64,000 bases of DNA from Octopus sinensis (lineage: Eukaryota): NCBI RefSeq assembly GCF_006345805.1, contig NC_042998.1, forward strand, positions 152,396,001 to 152,460,000, given 5' to 3'. Position 1 is the first letter of the stretch. Each line of letters starts with the position of its first letter. A model generated the notes under the pieces. The model saw nothing but the letters and a program-made list of their open reading frames with translations. It was not told the origin of the DNA and made no database searches. This document shows positions 1 to 13,152 of this stretch, in pieces. Made by a program: the position numbers and the translations under genes.

Positions 1-386
1 AATAGAAGCAAGGTTCGAGCCAAGGGAGTACTCGACTCGAACCTTGCAAAGTGGAAATATTTTATTTTTACCTTTATATCTGGGACGTCCCGGATAAAAA
101 TTTAAAATATCCCCCCAGAAGTAGAGGTAGGCTGGATTGTAGCCACACTTCTATACAAGAGGGAGGACAAGATACAATTGATCGAAATTGCAAGAGACGG
201 GCCTACAATTCCAGTCTGTTACATATTTTGAGTATAGTTATCACTAGCGATATCAAGATATAACTTTGTATTTTGTATTTTATGTGTAGATGTATATATA
301 TAGATGTACATGTAATATGTACACATATATATACACATAATACATGCACTAGCACTATGACCCGGCAACGACGGGTCATAATGCTA

Positions 387-1289
<903 letters not shown>

Positions 1290-1512
1290 ATATTATAATT
1301 CATTTCTCTCGGTCATACTGCCTCGGTTCTCGCGGTTAAAATATGATGTTTGCTAGATAGACCACGTGGGTGGAATGGGGAGTGCAGAATTTTACGCCTG
1401 CGCATTTTGAATTTGTTGACACTGTTTAGTTGGAGTGGTTCATCTGAAGCGACAAGTTCGCTGATAGGTAAAGTTCCTTCTTTTTAGTGTTTCCAAATCC
1501 AAATTAAGAAAT

Positions 1513-1575
1513 TTTGAGCTGACGAAAGAAATGCTGATTTTATTTGGCTAATCTTGAAACGTTGACGTACTCAAA
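1513..1575 (+). ncRNA. Type I hammerhead ribozyme, canonical core
   Basis: tttgag-CTGACGA-aaga...tctt-GAAA-cgttgacg-TA-ctcaaa: 6-bp stem I, stem II aaga/tctt, self-complementary helix III, GUA cleavage triplet. Confidence 0.88.
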
Positions 1576-1735
1576 CGATCTATGTACTTGTGATATTTTT
1601 CTGTATTTACCCCCAAACCTTCGTGAGCTGTCTGGAGTAAACATTATCTGAGAGAAATTTTCTTTAAGTAGTAGAAATGCTAAGAAAATTTTTTTTTGGC
1701 TGCTATTTCTACTAAGTTCAGTATGTGGCAAAGTA

Positions 1736-1799
<64 letters not shown>

Positions 1800-1880
1800 C
1801 AAAGTGAAGTTGTAGGGTACCGCACGAGTGGAATTATATACGAAAGAAGGTTTGAAAATGCAATTTTAAAAGATGTTTAT

Positions 1881-1925
1881 TTACTTTACCGGTTTCACTC
1901 TTTGGAAAAAGATTGCCAAAAGTAA
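1881..1925 (-). ncRNA. Hammerhead-like motif, U3-A8 family, A6G-mutated copy
   Basis: Minus strand: ttactt-TTGGCAA-tctttttccaaagagt-GAAA-ccgg-TA-aagtaa. Confidence 0.5.
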
Positions 1926-2692
1926 CATGTAGAAGTTTGGTTGCGTTAATTATTGGTTGTTACAAAATGCTGCATTACATATATACAGTCTTTGGTAACA
2001 AGGATATGTTAAGGGCATACAAGAGTTTAACAAGTTCCTTAAAATATTGGGCACAAAAGATTACAACATAAATATACATTCTCAAGAACATGTTAAAGAT
2101 CGTTTCCAGAAGGAATTATTAAAAAGTTCAGTGGGATATTGGTATTGTATCTGTATATTCAAACACGCACAGAATATTGATTGACACAGAGTACTACAAT
2201 ACATATATATATATATACATTCTTTGGTGACAAGAGCATGTTAAGAACATAAAAAAGTTTAACAAGTTCATTGAACCTATCCCCCAAATCATTACTCCTC
2301 TTTCCCCCACCCACCCAAATACAACTACAGTGTCCCTTGAAATAGATAATATTCTTTTACGTTAACATAGTGGACAGGTCAGTTTTAGCTTCCCTACTAT
2401 TATAATGTAAACCTTTTTGAACTCATAATATTCTGTGCGTGTATACCAATATTCCACTGAACTTTATAATAATTCCTTCTGGACTCTCTCTTCTGAGAAT
2501 GTATATATTTGTTGTAATTTTTTGTGCCCAATATTTCAATGTATATTTATGTTGTAATCTTTTGTGCCCAATATTTTAAGGAACTTGTTAAACTTTTGTA
2601 TGTCCTTAACATGTCCTTGTTACCAAAGACAGTATATATGTAATGTAGCATTTTGTAACAACCAATAATTAACGCAACCAAACTTCTACATG

Positions 2693-2737
2693 TTACTTTT
2701 GACAATCGTTTTCCAAAGAGTGAAACCGGTAAAGTAA
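2693..2737 (+). ncRNA. Hammerhead-like motif with U3-A8 variant core
   Basis: ttactt-TTGACAA-tcgttttccaaagagt-GAAA-ccgg-TA-aagtaa: 6-bp stem I, palindromic Accgg(T) helix III, short stem II. Confidence 0.62.
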
Positions 2738-2776
2738 ATAAACATCTTTTAAAATTGCATTTTCAAACCTTCTTTC

Positions 2777-2860
<84 letters not shown>

Positions 2861-3140
2861 ATGTATGTAGGTATGTATGTATGTGTATACATGAAGGTAT
2901 GTAGAGAAAGTGAGAAAGTCATATACCGACTCTAATAATGACTTAATCACCCAGACATATATTTATGCACATAGGCATACACACACACACACACGCACAC
3001 ACATACACACGCGCACACAAATTCTATGATACACTTTCCCAAAAATAAAACGTATATCGATCAATACTAGTATATATGGTGCTATAAGATTGAACTTGGA
3101 TCTCATGGTTGTGAAGCGAACTTCTTCCACTCAGCTATAC

Positions 3141-3204
<64 letters not shown>

Positions 3205-3607
3205 AGAGAGGTAGGGAGAGAGAGAGATACACACACATACTCCAACACATGATATTTATATACGTACATATATATATAATATACATTCGTACTTACATAT
3301 GTGTGTAAGCTTACATATACATCGGCACCTGTATACTCAAATACACGAATACAATCGCATACAAACATTAAAAAAGTAAATACATACATACATACATACA
3401 TACATACATACATACATACACTGGTAGATATGCATACCTAAAAAATACACACCTTTTCACATATATACTCACATACATACACGTACTTGTATATATTCAC
3501 ACATACAAATACATGTGTATTTACACACACACAAGCGAAATAATGATTAAAAGACAAAACAGTGAAATTAAGTTAAAAGAAGTGTAGATATTTTCCCGCT
3601 TATTTGC

Positions 3608-3641
3608 GTAACCATGGAAACAGAACTAATGTAAAGATGGC
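3608..3641. promoter_or_regulatory. RFX X-box match with an adjacent YY1-like motif
   Basis: GTAACCATGGAAAC at 3608-3621 followed by aagatggc. Motif match only. Confidence 0.25.
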
Positions 3642-4289
3642 TTATCACTGGGTGAAAATCACAGCACCAGAGGTTATTGTTCCGAAAACTTTGCATTGAG
3701 ATTGTTTGAATTATTTTTGTCTCGTTGTTGTTGTTGTTCTTCTTCTTCTTTCATTTCATCTTTGTCTTTTCCCAATAGTTGAAATAACCGGAGTAAAATG
3801 TCTCGTGGACAAAAAAACAAAAAGCAAAAGAAAAAGAAAAGTTTAGTTATGCGGGTTCTTAAAACGTTTACCGTCTCATTTTCTTCTTCTTATACCATAC
3901 GCATACACTCACAAACACACGTGCGCACACACATTAACACACACAAACATCAACATATATATGTGTGTGTGTATGTGTGGATAGAAAGATAGATAGATAA
4001 AAAGATAGATGGACAGACAGACAATAGGGAGACAAACCGACAGACAAACAGATAAACTGATAAACAAATAAACAGACAAACAGATAAACAGACCGGCTTT
4101 ATTTAATATGCTGTTTTTCTCTCTGATATCTATTGTATCTGTCTGTACGAGAGAAATGGGGAGACATAGAGACGAGGAAATGTATGTCTATCTATGTGTC
4201 TTTATATCTGTACATCTATCTACTTATCGATATATATATATATCATAGAAGAAAAATCAAGAGTACAATATTTAAATCAGTTCGTTCGT

Positions 4290-4375
4290 TATAGACGTTT
4301 CGGTCATACATTTCAAAAGAACTGCGGCCCAATTTCTTGCACAACAGTTGTATCACCTCTTTAATGGAAAATTAG
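4290..4375 (-). ncRNA. Decayed hammerhead remnant
   Basis: Minus strand: TTAAAGA-ggtgataca...tgtatgacc-GAAA-cgtc-TA. Stem II is 8/9 paired, the core is doubly mutated and stem I is lost. Confidence 0.4.
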
Positions 4376-4429
4376 GATTATATATATGTATATATTGGTC
4401 ATCACATATTTCTTTATTGTAGAAAATTT

Positions 4430-4590
4430 CACTTACAGCTGTTTCCAGTAGTCATTATAGGTTGGTTCATTATTGATTGGTTCATTCAATCGGCTCATTG
4501 ATCGGTTAAGAAAATTTGAACGACCAATGATCCTATTGATTAAATCAATCAATAACAAACCTTTCATGACTACTGGAATCAGTAGTCAAA
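4430..4590 (-). ncRNA. Hammerhead 3' half with long stem II; 5' core overwritten
   Basis: Minus strand: cagtagtcat...atgactactg-GAAA-cagctg-TA-agtg. The same GAAACAGCTGTAAG tail occurs at 36027. The 5' core reads CTGATTC inside a local gactactg/cagtagtc hairpin. Confidence 0.45.
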
Positions 4591-4879
4591 ATCTGCAACA
4601 ATAAACAAATATGTAATGACCATTATTTATAACTTTATATCACTCTGAATTTTAAAAAAAACAGTATAACTGGAACACAGTCATGGATTTACAAAATAGA
4701 ATTGTGATGAACAATAATCGTGGACCCTGTCAAGAGAATACTTGGAGTTCTTTACTAATCTAAGTAATTTTGTCAGCCTAGTGTATGTAATAGCAAAGAA
4801 CTGATAAAGTATTTTTCCTGGATTGATAATCACCCACTTATAACTATATATATATATATATATATGCAGGAAGAAGTTG

Positions 4880-7470
4880 GTTGTTTGCACTAGTAAGCCA
4901 ATAATTTAATTAATTAATAAAGAAAAGTGGTAGTAATAGTACATTTACAATCGTTTCTGTTTACCAGTTTTAGTGGTAGACATCATCAGAATGCATAGTC
5001 ATATGTAGAGGTAAGAAGAGCGAAAGATATAGCGATCCATTGGTAATGAGAATAAAGACAAAGAATGGTGAGTCTTACTTTATAGTTGATTTCATAGTTG
5101 ATAATTCTGCTGGGAGGTTATTTTGATCTGTAGTCCCAAGTTTATGTAAGCGCATATTTTCCACGTGTTTATTCTGGCTAAACTTTTCACCGGCGGTGTA
5201 AAGAAAGGGAGTTAACTCTAACTCATGGTGAAAAGGGGGCTAACTTTATCCAGATTACTCAGCCCGGAGTGAGAAAGGAATTTATATCTTTTGGACTTGT
5301 AGGAAGTTCGTAGTAATGGAGGAAGCCTTGTGTAGGTTTAAAATAAACCTACATATATATTATGGGTTGTGTAAAGCGAGTGGGGGTTGGGAGGTGAATG
5401 TTTGCGTGTAAGTAGTTTAAGTGGTTCCCGGCTAAATGGGATTATTTAGATGAGGAAGCTAGCGTAGAATTAGTACAGGGTCAAGCGGGTTTACCGATAC
5501 TTGAAAAAGACAAAGAGGCCTATATGTAGACAAAAATACTGTTCTCATATTTTCTATTAAGAGGCTGTTTAGCCGTTAGAATTTCCAGGCGTTCAGTTAA
5601 ACAGAGATCCTACCGTCTATTGGTAGAGTTGTAAGAAGTCGTTTTGCGAGTATTCGCCATTCTAATCTATATTCTTTTTTTTTTCCTTAATCTACTAAGC
5701 CCTGTTGAATTTGCCTTCCTCCTATTTCTGAAGCTAAGTATCATTTAGTTTTTTGTGGCTCCTATATAGGATTTTATATGGCTATTTGTGTGTATGTCAC
5801 GTTGGTGAACTACGTTTCTAGTTTTACATCTATTAGAGAATAGGCACTTACTTCTATCCCTGTTGCCACATAAATTATTAGGTATATGTCTGTGTTATGT
5901 TGGGGGGGGGGGCTATTACTACTCTGGTATTTGTCTGTGTTACTAGGAGGCGTTTCATTAGTGGTGGGATTTATTCTATAAGTCTGTTGGTTGTTAGATT
6001 TATTGTTCCTAATTTTACTTGCTTCATAGAATGTCTAGTATATTTTATTATTAATCGCGGCTATGTTGCTAGCTAAGTTACTAGTCAGGCTGTAACCTAC
6101 TCTAATTTTATTCCTAAATATTGCTGCATATTTATTATTTACATTTAAGTGTTTATCTATTATTTTCATTAATGAGTGTACTATGTTGGATTTATGGTGC
6201 ATGGCGAAAGGGATTATGAGCCAGATCTTATCACTATTACGTTTATTGTTAGCATTGCTGTCTGGTATAGAAACTACCCTCATTACTTGTAAGGCGTATG
6301 AAATTATAGTTATGGCTAACGAGTGTATTCCTATAGAATCCTTACTATTGCTCCTGTCTGTTTTATTGGGGTTATTTCTGTATGATATATGTGGACTCAA
6401 TGATTTGGTGTTATGGTTTTTAACTGGGTTAATTTTTGTTCTTTGGGGCTTTTTATTTTTATTCTTATCGATGTGTAGGTTTATATTATTCTTATTATAG
6501 CTATTATTGTTTTTCAACTTATTTTTATAATTCGTGTTATTAGTCTTGTTAATGTTGTTAATTTTATTGATTATCACATTGTTAGTATTCATGTTGTCAT
6601 TCTTTGTAATATTATTGGTGATTTGTGTATGGGACTTTGTTTCTATTGCTATTATTTTTGTTGAGCTTATCATTGTTTCTATTGCTATTATTTTTGTTGA
6701 GCTTATCTATGCTGTTCTTATTGTTGGTGTAGTTTGTAGTGACGCTCGGTGTGTGGTTAGTGTTAAAGGTATTATCGTGTAGATTTCTGTTATTTATGTT
6801 ATTTGTATAGTGATTGGGGTCTAAGTATTTAATTTTTTGCTTAAATCCTCCTTTATCTAGTACGATATTATAGATTTCTTTATGCTTATTAAAAATATGT
6901 TTTAACTTAGGGATGTATTTGTCGAGTATTAGTTTACTTAATTTACATAGGCCCGATTTATTTGGGCATATTAATCTTACTTTAGTATCGGTTAAGAAAT
7001 TGAGTTTATGGCCTTTGAGCGTGATTCGAGGTGTGGATGGCACGAAGGATTCAGTTTTGTCCTCTGATTTGTAGTCTGTCATAATGTCCTTGGCTGCTAA
7101 GTTCATAGATCTTAGGTGGTATCCGGTACTATTTCGTATTTTTTGGGTAAATTCCTTGTGTAGCAGTTGGTGGTATAAATTAACATCCAGAGTGTAGGAG
7201 TTCGTTGTTTTACCGGAGTTAACAATAATTCCGTTTTGTGATTTGAGCTTGTGTAGTAGGTCTATTAGGTTCTTTTGGTAGCTGTTATTTCTTAGTGCAT
7301 GTCGTTTGAATTGTAGGTTCTTGATGGTATCCCATATTTCGTTTTCAAAGGCGTCTAAGTGGCTGTTTGGTGGGGATGTTTTCCTAGTCTTAAAGACTCC
7401 TTTGGTGAAGTCGTTATTGTTGCGATGGTGTTGTGAATCAGGTTGGGCGTTTTGGAAGCAGGGGTTAGGG
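4880..7470 (-). mobile_element. Penelope-like element (Neptune-like), RT core deleted
   Basis: Minus-strand peptides ITLKGHKLNFLTDTKVRLICPNKSGLCKLSK (RT N-part), KIWLIIPFAMHHKSNIVHSLMKIIDKH (linker) and LEWRILA...DLCLTERLEIL (GIY-YIG C-terminus). An HHR lies in the 3' UTR. Confidence 0.85.
4940..4995 (-). ncRNA. Type I hammerhead ribozyme in PLE 3' terminus, canonical core
   Basis: Minus strand: tgcatt-CTGATGA-tgtctacca...tggtaaaca-GAAA-cgattg-TA-aatgta. It is sense to the PLE ORF. Confidence 0.88.
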
Positions 7471-7474
7471 AAGA

Positions 7475-8690
7475 AGCTGTAGACCAGGAGGTCACGCAGG
7501 TTGCAGGCTTGTTTAAAGGAAGGAAGGGGTAAGTTGGGGAAGATGTGCGAAGTGGAGGAGTTAGACTGGAGTCGCCGGAAGACTCGGAGAATGGTGGTTG
7601 GAGGGGAAGAGTGGAGGGGGTAGATGAGAGGAAACGGGAGGCGGGAAATGGCGGGGCGGGAGCAGGGAGAAAGGTACGGTCCACGGAAATGTTCTGGCAA
7701 GGACAGTGTTGATAATGGTGAGGGGATATTCACGAAGGGCGAGCCATTAGTTGAGACTGAGTCTCAGAGACATGGTTGTCACTGCAGAGCCTGCGCAGAC
7801 GAAGGGATTGAGAGCTTGGTGTGAGTGGGGTGGGAGGAGGAAAAGTTAGGTAGGAGCGTGAGTCGGTGTGTTTGTAGTAAATATGTTTGAGAAATGCGAC
7901 GGAAGAGTTAGAAATAATGTAGGAGAATTTGAGGGCAAGATGGAAGGATTGGACAAAGGAAAAGAAGGAGTCTACTTGTTCGCGAGAGAGTGAGGTCCCA
8001 CCGATACAGTCATCGGGAGTGGAACCAGTAAATCGTGAGAATATTTGAGGCTCAACGTAACAACTGAACAGGTTTGCATAGTTGGAGCCCATTCTCGTTC
8101 CCATGGCCACACTCGAGACCTTTTGATAAAAATACCCTGCGAACAAGAAGTAGTTGAGAGAGAGGACAAGTTCAGCTAGACGAAGAAGTGTGAAGGTGTC
8201 AGGATTGAGGTTGGTTTGAAGGTCCAGAAAGTGTTTCAATGCAAGAAGTCCTTCGTTGTGTGGGATCACCGTATATAAACTCTTGATATCAAGAAGGAAG
8301 AGAAGATTAGAGGTGCCAGAAGGAAAGGAAAAAGAGTTGAAAAGATGAAGAGCATGGTTAGTGTCATGATGTGGGAGAGGAGGGAAGCCACTAGGGGGTA
8401 AGGACATGGACGTGGTATTTAGAGATCAATTCCGTAGGAGAGTTGCAAGCGGAGACGCTGGGGTGGCCAGGGTTGTTGGGCTTGTGGATTTGGGGAAGAA
8501 AGTAAATGGTGGAGGTGCGTGGAGTGCAGACAACGAGGTTGGAGGCGGTGGTAGGGAGACAGGAGGAGGAAATGTGGTCATGGATAGTGGGGGACATGGA
8601 TAGTTAGGCGTGGAGTTCCAGGGCAAAGGGCAATAGAAAGAGGTATCTTGAAGTTGGCGAAGAGCTTCACACAACGACGGTTCCACCCTT
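7475..8690 (-). mobile_element. Second, GC-richer Penelope-like RT fragment
   Basis: IYFLPQIHKPNNPGHPSVSAC, LDIKSLYTVIPHNEG, VAMGTRMGSNYANLF and SFKQACNLRDLLV are spread across frameshifted ORFs 8391-8597, 7730-8407 and the 5' part of 6612-7733. Confidence 0.9.
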
Positions 8691-8830
8691 GTGGACCGGT
8701 TTTATGATTTTATATATATATACATATATCTATATATATATATACATATATAAATGAAAAAAATGTATAGTAAATAAACAAATGACAATATATACTGAGT
8801 GTATACTAAGGGATAGAAGACGAAGAGACA

Positions 8831-8884
<54 letters not shown>

Positions 8885-8905
8885 TGTGATGTGTATGTGT
8901 GTATA

Positions 8906-9010
8906 GGCACGGGAGTTGTTGTGTGGTAAGAAGTTTGCTTCCTAAATATATGATTCCAGATTCAGCCCCACTGCATGGCCGCAGTCAAATGACTGAAAAA
9001 AGTAAAAGAA
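8906..9010 (+). mobile_element. SINE family A, internally deleted (head fused to tail)
   Basis: The tRNA-like head ggcacgggagttgttgtgtggtaag...ccactgc is joined directly to the tail atggccgcagtcaaatgactgaaa...agtaaaagaata; compare the full copy at 26679. Confidence 0.8.
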
Positions 9011-9024
9011 TATAATATATATAT

Positions 9025-9560
9025 ATAATTAGTTCGTCCGTCATTGTCGAAGATGACCAAAGAAAAGACAGAACACGTTGTGCGCGGCTTTGAGGAATCA
9101 GTCTGATGCGTGCTCGGAATGTACTGCCGCAGGTCGGGCACTGGTGATTTGTTGGGACTGGAGGCAGAGTTGGTTCTGGACTTGCGCAGTTTGCGTTTTC
9201 GTTGTGCCCCTGCAATCTTGCTTTGTCCGTCTTTAGGTGGGCGGTTTTGTGCGTGCGGAGGGGAGGCATTAGGCTGACCACCAAATTGAAGGTGTACTTG
9301 CCTACACTGCCGTATACCTACGAGAGTTGGACTCTTTACCAATGCCACGCCAATAAGCTTCCACATAAACTGCCTCAGAAAGTTGTTGAAAACCACTTTG
9401 CAAAACACGGCCCCAGATACGGACGGCTTCTCTCGAGCTGATCTGCCAAGCAACTACACACTTCTGAGGAGAGCGGAAGTGAGAACAAGCCACCTTTTTC
9501 GAATGCCTGACACGCAACTCCTCAAAAGATTGTTTTATAGCTGGCAGAAGGCAAGTGAAC
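9025..9560 (-). mobile_element. RTE (BovB-like) LINE 3' end with inverted 5' segment
   Basis: Minus 9025-9250 gives HQCPTCGSTFRARIRLIPQSR and the 3' UTR. Plus 9255-9560 gives KLKVY...ESWTLYQCHA...SRADLPSNYTLLRRA...[13 protein letters not shown]. Confidence 0.85.
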
Positions 9561-9626
9561 GCAAGATGAACATAATATGTTTATAATATATGCACATAAA
9601 CATACGTATATATGTGTGTGTGCATA

Positions 9627-9657
<31 letters not shown>

Positions 9658-9663
9658 TATATG

Positions 9664-9733
<70 letters not shown>

Positions 9734-9777
9734 CACACGCGCACGCATCCACATGCACGCACACACAAACACACACA

Positions 9778-10815
<1,038 letters not shown>

Positions 10816-10904
10816 AGGTGGTGGTAGCAGCATCAATAGTATCAGTAAAAACATCAACACCAACGACTATATCATATTTAACAGATTAAAACAATAACGA
10901 GACC

Positions 10905-10954
<50 letters not shown>

Positions 10955-11479
10955 ACGTCTTTGAAGTAGAGATTGGTGGAATAAAAAAGCGTGCGAGGTT
11001 CGAGAGATTTTGTACTGTGATGGGGTGGGTGTGTGTGTGTGTTATGCGTACGTATACGTGTAAGTGCATGTATATGCATACGTACGTATATATGTTTGTA
11101 AGTGACTATGTATGTACGCGTGAGTGTGTATGTGAGTGTATGTATGTGTATGTGTGCATCCGTGCGTGCGTGTGTAAGTCTTTGTCCTGGTTTCGTACCC
11201 CGTAAATGAACTAATTAACAGTTAAATCTCACTCAAATCACAGAAAAAGAACAGTTGAGGATTATGTATTATGTAGTCCTGGTTTCGCTGCATGTAGGAA
11301 TCAGATTGAATGGTCAAAGCTAAAAAGCCTTTGATTATCAATTAGTACAATCAAGGACGAAAGAACGATATCCTCGCAGTGGCTGCTGTTGGTACTGCCT
11401 CTCTGCCTTTATTGTTGCCGTTGACGCAGGTACTCCTGCTGCTGCTATTTTTCTTGTTCCTTTCGCTGTTGTATACTGC

Positions 11480-12030
11480 TGCTATTAGGGGTGTGTCGTC
11501 TGCTGTAGTGGGGGCTTCCTCTCGTTTTTCTTTTTACTTTTGAACAGAGAAAGCTCTACGTGACCTTTAACACCACACAAGTTACATCTTGGCTCCCTGT
11601 TCTCAACTGTAATGGACAGTTCAACTCCATTGACAGGTGAATAAGATTTGGGGTCCTTTCTACATCTTCCAGTATGATCTGTAGGAGGATCTCCCCTGTG
11701 ATCCCAAACCAAAATTCCCTCTTCGTTTGTTCTGCCACTACCCTCCAAAACAACACAAGCCAATAGCCACCAGATATCAAACCCAGGTGACATTCTCTTT
11801 ATCATAACGTGATGTGTCCTTCTCCCTAAATATGCTGGGTAGAGAGTTAGGTCTATGATGCGTGAGGAAGTATGGAGTGCTTCCTGAATTGCATTGCCCT
11901 GGTCAATGTTGGTTTTGTCATGCTTTTGCCGAAACACGGCAATATAATACCGTCTTCTGGACAGTTGCTGCTAAAGCCTCGGCTGGGATTACAACTTGTA
12001 GTTTCCCCCTATTCAGCTTCCTAAGCTATT
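11480..12030 (-). mobile_element. Gag/ORF1-like zinc-knuckle remnant (LINE ORF1-like)
   Basis: ORF 11485-11937 contains EPRCNLCGVKGHV (C-x2-C-x4-H, last Cys lost). No RT follows. Confidence 0.5.
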
Positions 12031-12099
12031 TCACTTGTGTCAAGCGAGCCTCAATATAGTTTCAGAAGTATTTGATTTCGACTCCATGGAATCGTCTCT

Positions 12100-12254
12100 A
12101 CCGCGTACTTATGTTGTTGTAGTTATTGTTGTTCTTATTTGTTGTTCCTGCTGCTTTTGTGCCGTTGTTGCTACTGTTGCTGTTACTGTTGCTGCTGCAA
12201 TTGCTTCTGATGTTGTAGTTGTTGTTGTTATTGTTGTTGCTGATGATGATGATG

Positions 12255-12291
<37 letters not shown>

Positions 12292-12500
12292 CGATTATAT
12301 GACGCTGTTGATGCTGCTGTTGCAGTTTCCTCTATTGTTAAGTATTTATTGCTGCAAATGTTGAAGCTGGTGTTGTTCCCGTTTTTAATGTTACAACCAT
12401 CACCACCATCACTATCATCATCACAACTATTACTACTGCCGTTGCTGCTGCTGAAGCTACTACTACTACTACTACTAGTGCTGCTGCTGCTACTACTACT
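12100..12500. repeat. Trinucleotide low-complexity block (GTT/GAT/GCT/ACT)
   Basis: (gat)n at about 12241-12290 plus gtt, gct and act runs. Confidence 0.95.
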
Positions 12501-13020
12501 ACAATCGACCGCCATGTCAGTAATTAGAGGAAATCATGCATAATTTCTCGCTGCTGTCAACGTCGTCTGCAACGATGATGTTTGTAATTGAAATGGTGTG
12601 TCCAGCTGTAACTCCCCACTATACCGCCATTATATCACCTCCCTCCATACCACACCACTCTACACCACTCAACACTCCCTTGTCAAACCACTGCATCAAT
12701 ACCTAACCATTATACGCAACATTTCATACCAGAACATTGCTGTCTATATTATATTCTGTCACATGTACTCCCGACCCTACACCACAATTTGGCTCATCTC
12801 ACCAAATCACACCGCTACACATTACCTAATTACAAATGACAGCGATGGCTATGGAAAAGCCTCTATTCGTTTGCACTGCTAGAAACTGTTGTCACACTTG
12901 AAGTAACATCTTAAAAAAGGAAGCGCAACCATGAACCAGTGTTATCAGGGAAGACGGAAACATCCATGGTTCTTAATATTTTGGTGGGAGGAAATGATGG
13001 TTGGTGGTGGGAGGAGATAC

Positions 13021-13152
13021 GGTACCAGTTCGTTTCTAAGGAACCAGGTGTATGTTGTCAAGTCGTTGTTAAGGTGCCAGATACACGTTGTTCGTTCATT
13101 GTTAGCGTGCCAGATGAATGTTGTCAGTTTGTTGTTAGGGTTTCAGATTATA
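13021..13152. repeat. Four degenerate 33-bp tandem units
   Basis: Units start at 13021, 13054, 13087 and 13120, e.g. gttgtcaagtcgttgttaaggtgccagatacac and gttgttcgttcattgttagcgtgccagatgaat. Confidence 0.8.

Larger units (their letters stand above)
1798..2782. mobile_element. Fold-back element of a dispersed HHR-variant family (arms about 1838-2178 and 2427-2782)
   Basis: tacgaaagaaggtttgaaaatgcaattttaaaagatg... is inverted at 2740-2782. Further family copies start at 30321 and 49071. Every copy starts next to an (AT)n tract. Confidence 0.85.

Noticed and set aside
8-110. Hairpins gcaaggttcgag/ctcgaaccttgc and the gggacgtccc palindrome, with faint similarity to 13240-13390
   Set aside because: Truncated by the window edge, no ribozyme core, and the similarity is too weak to call.
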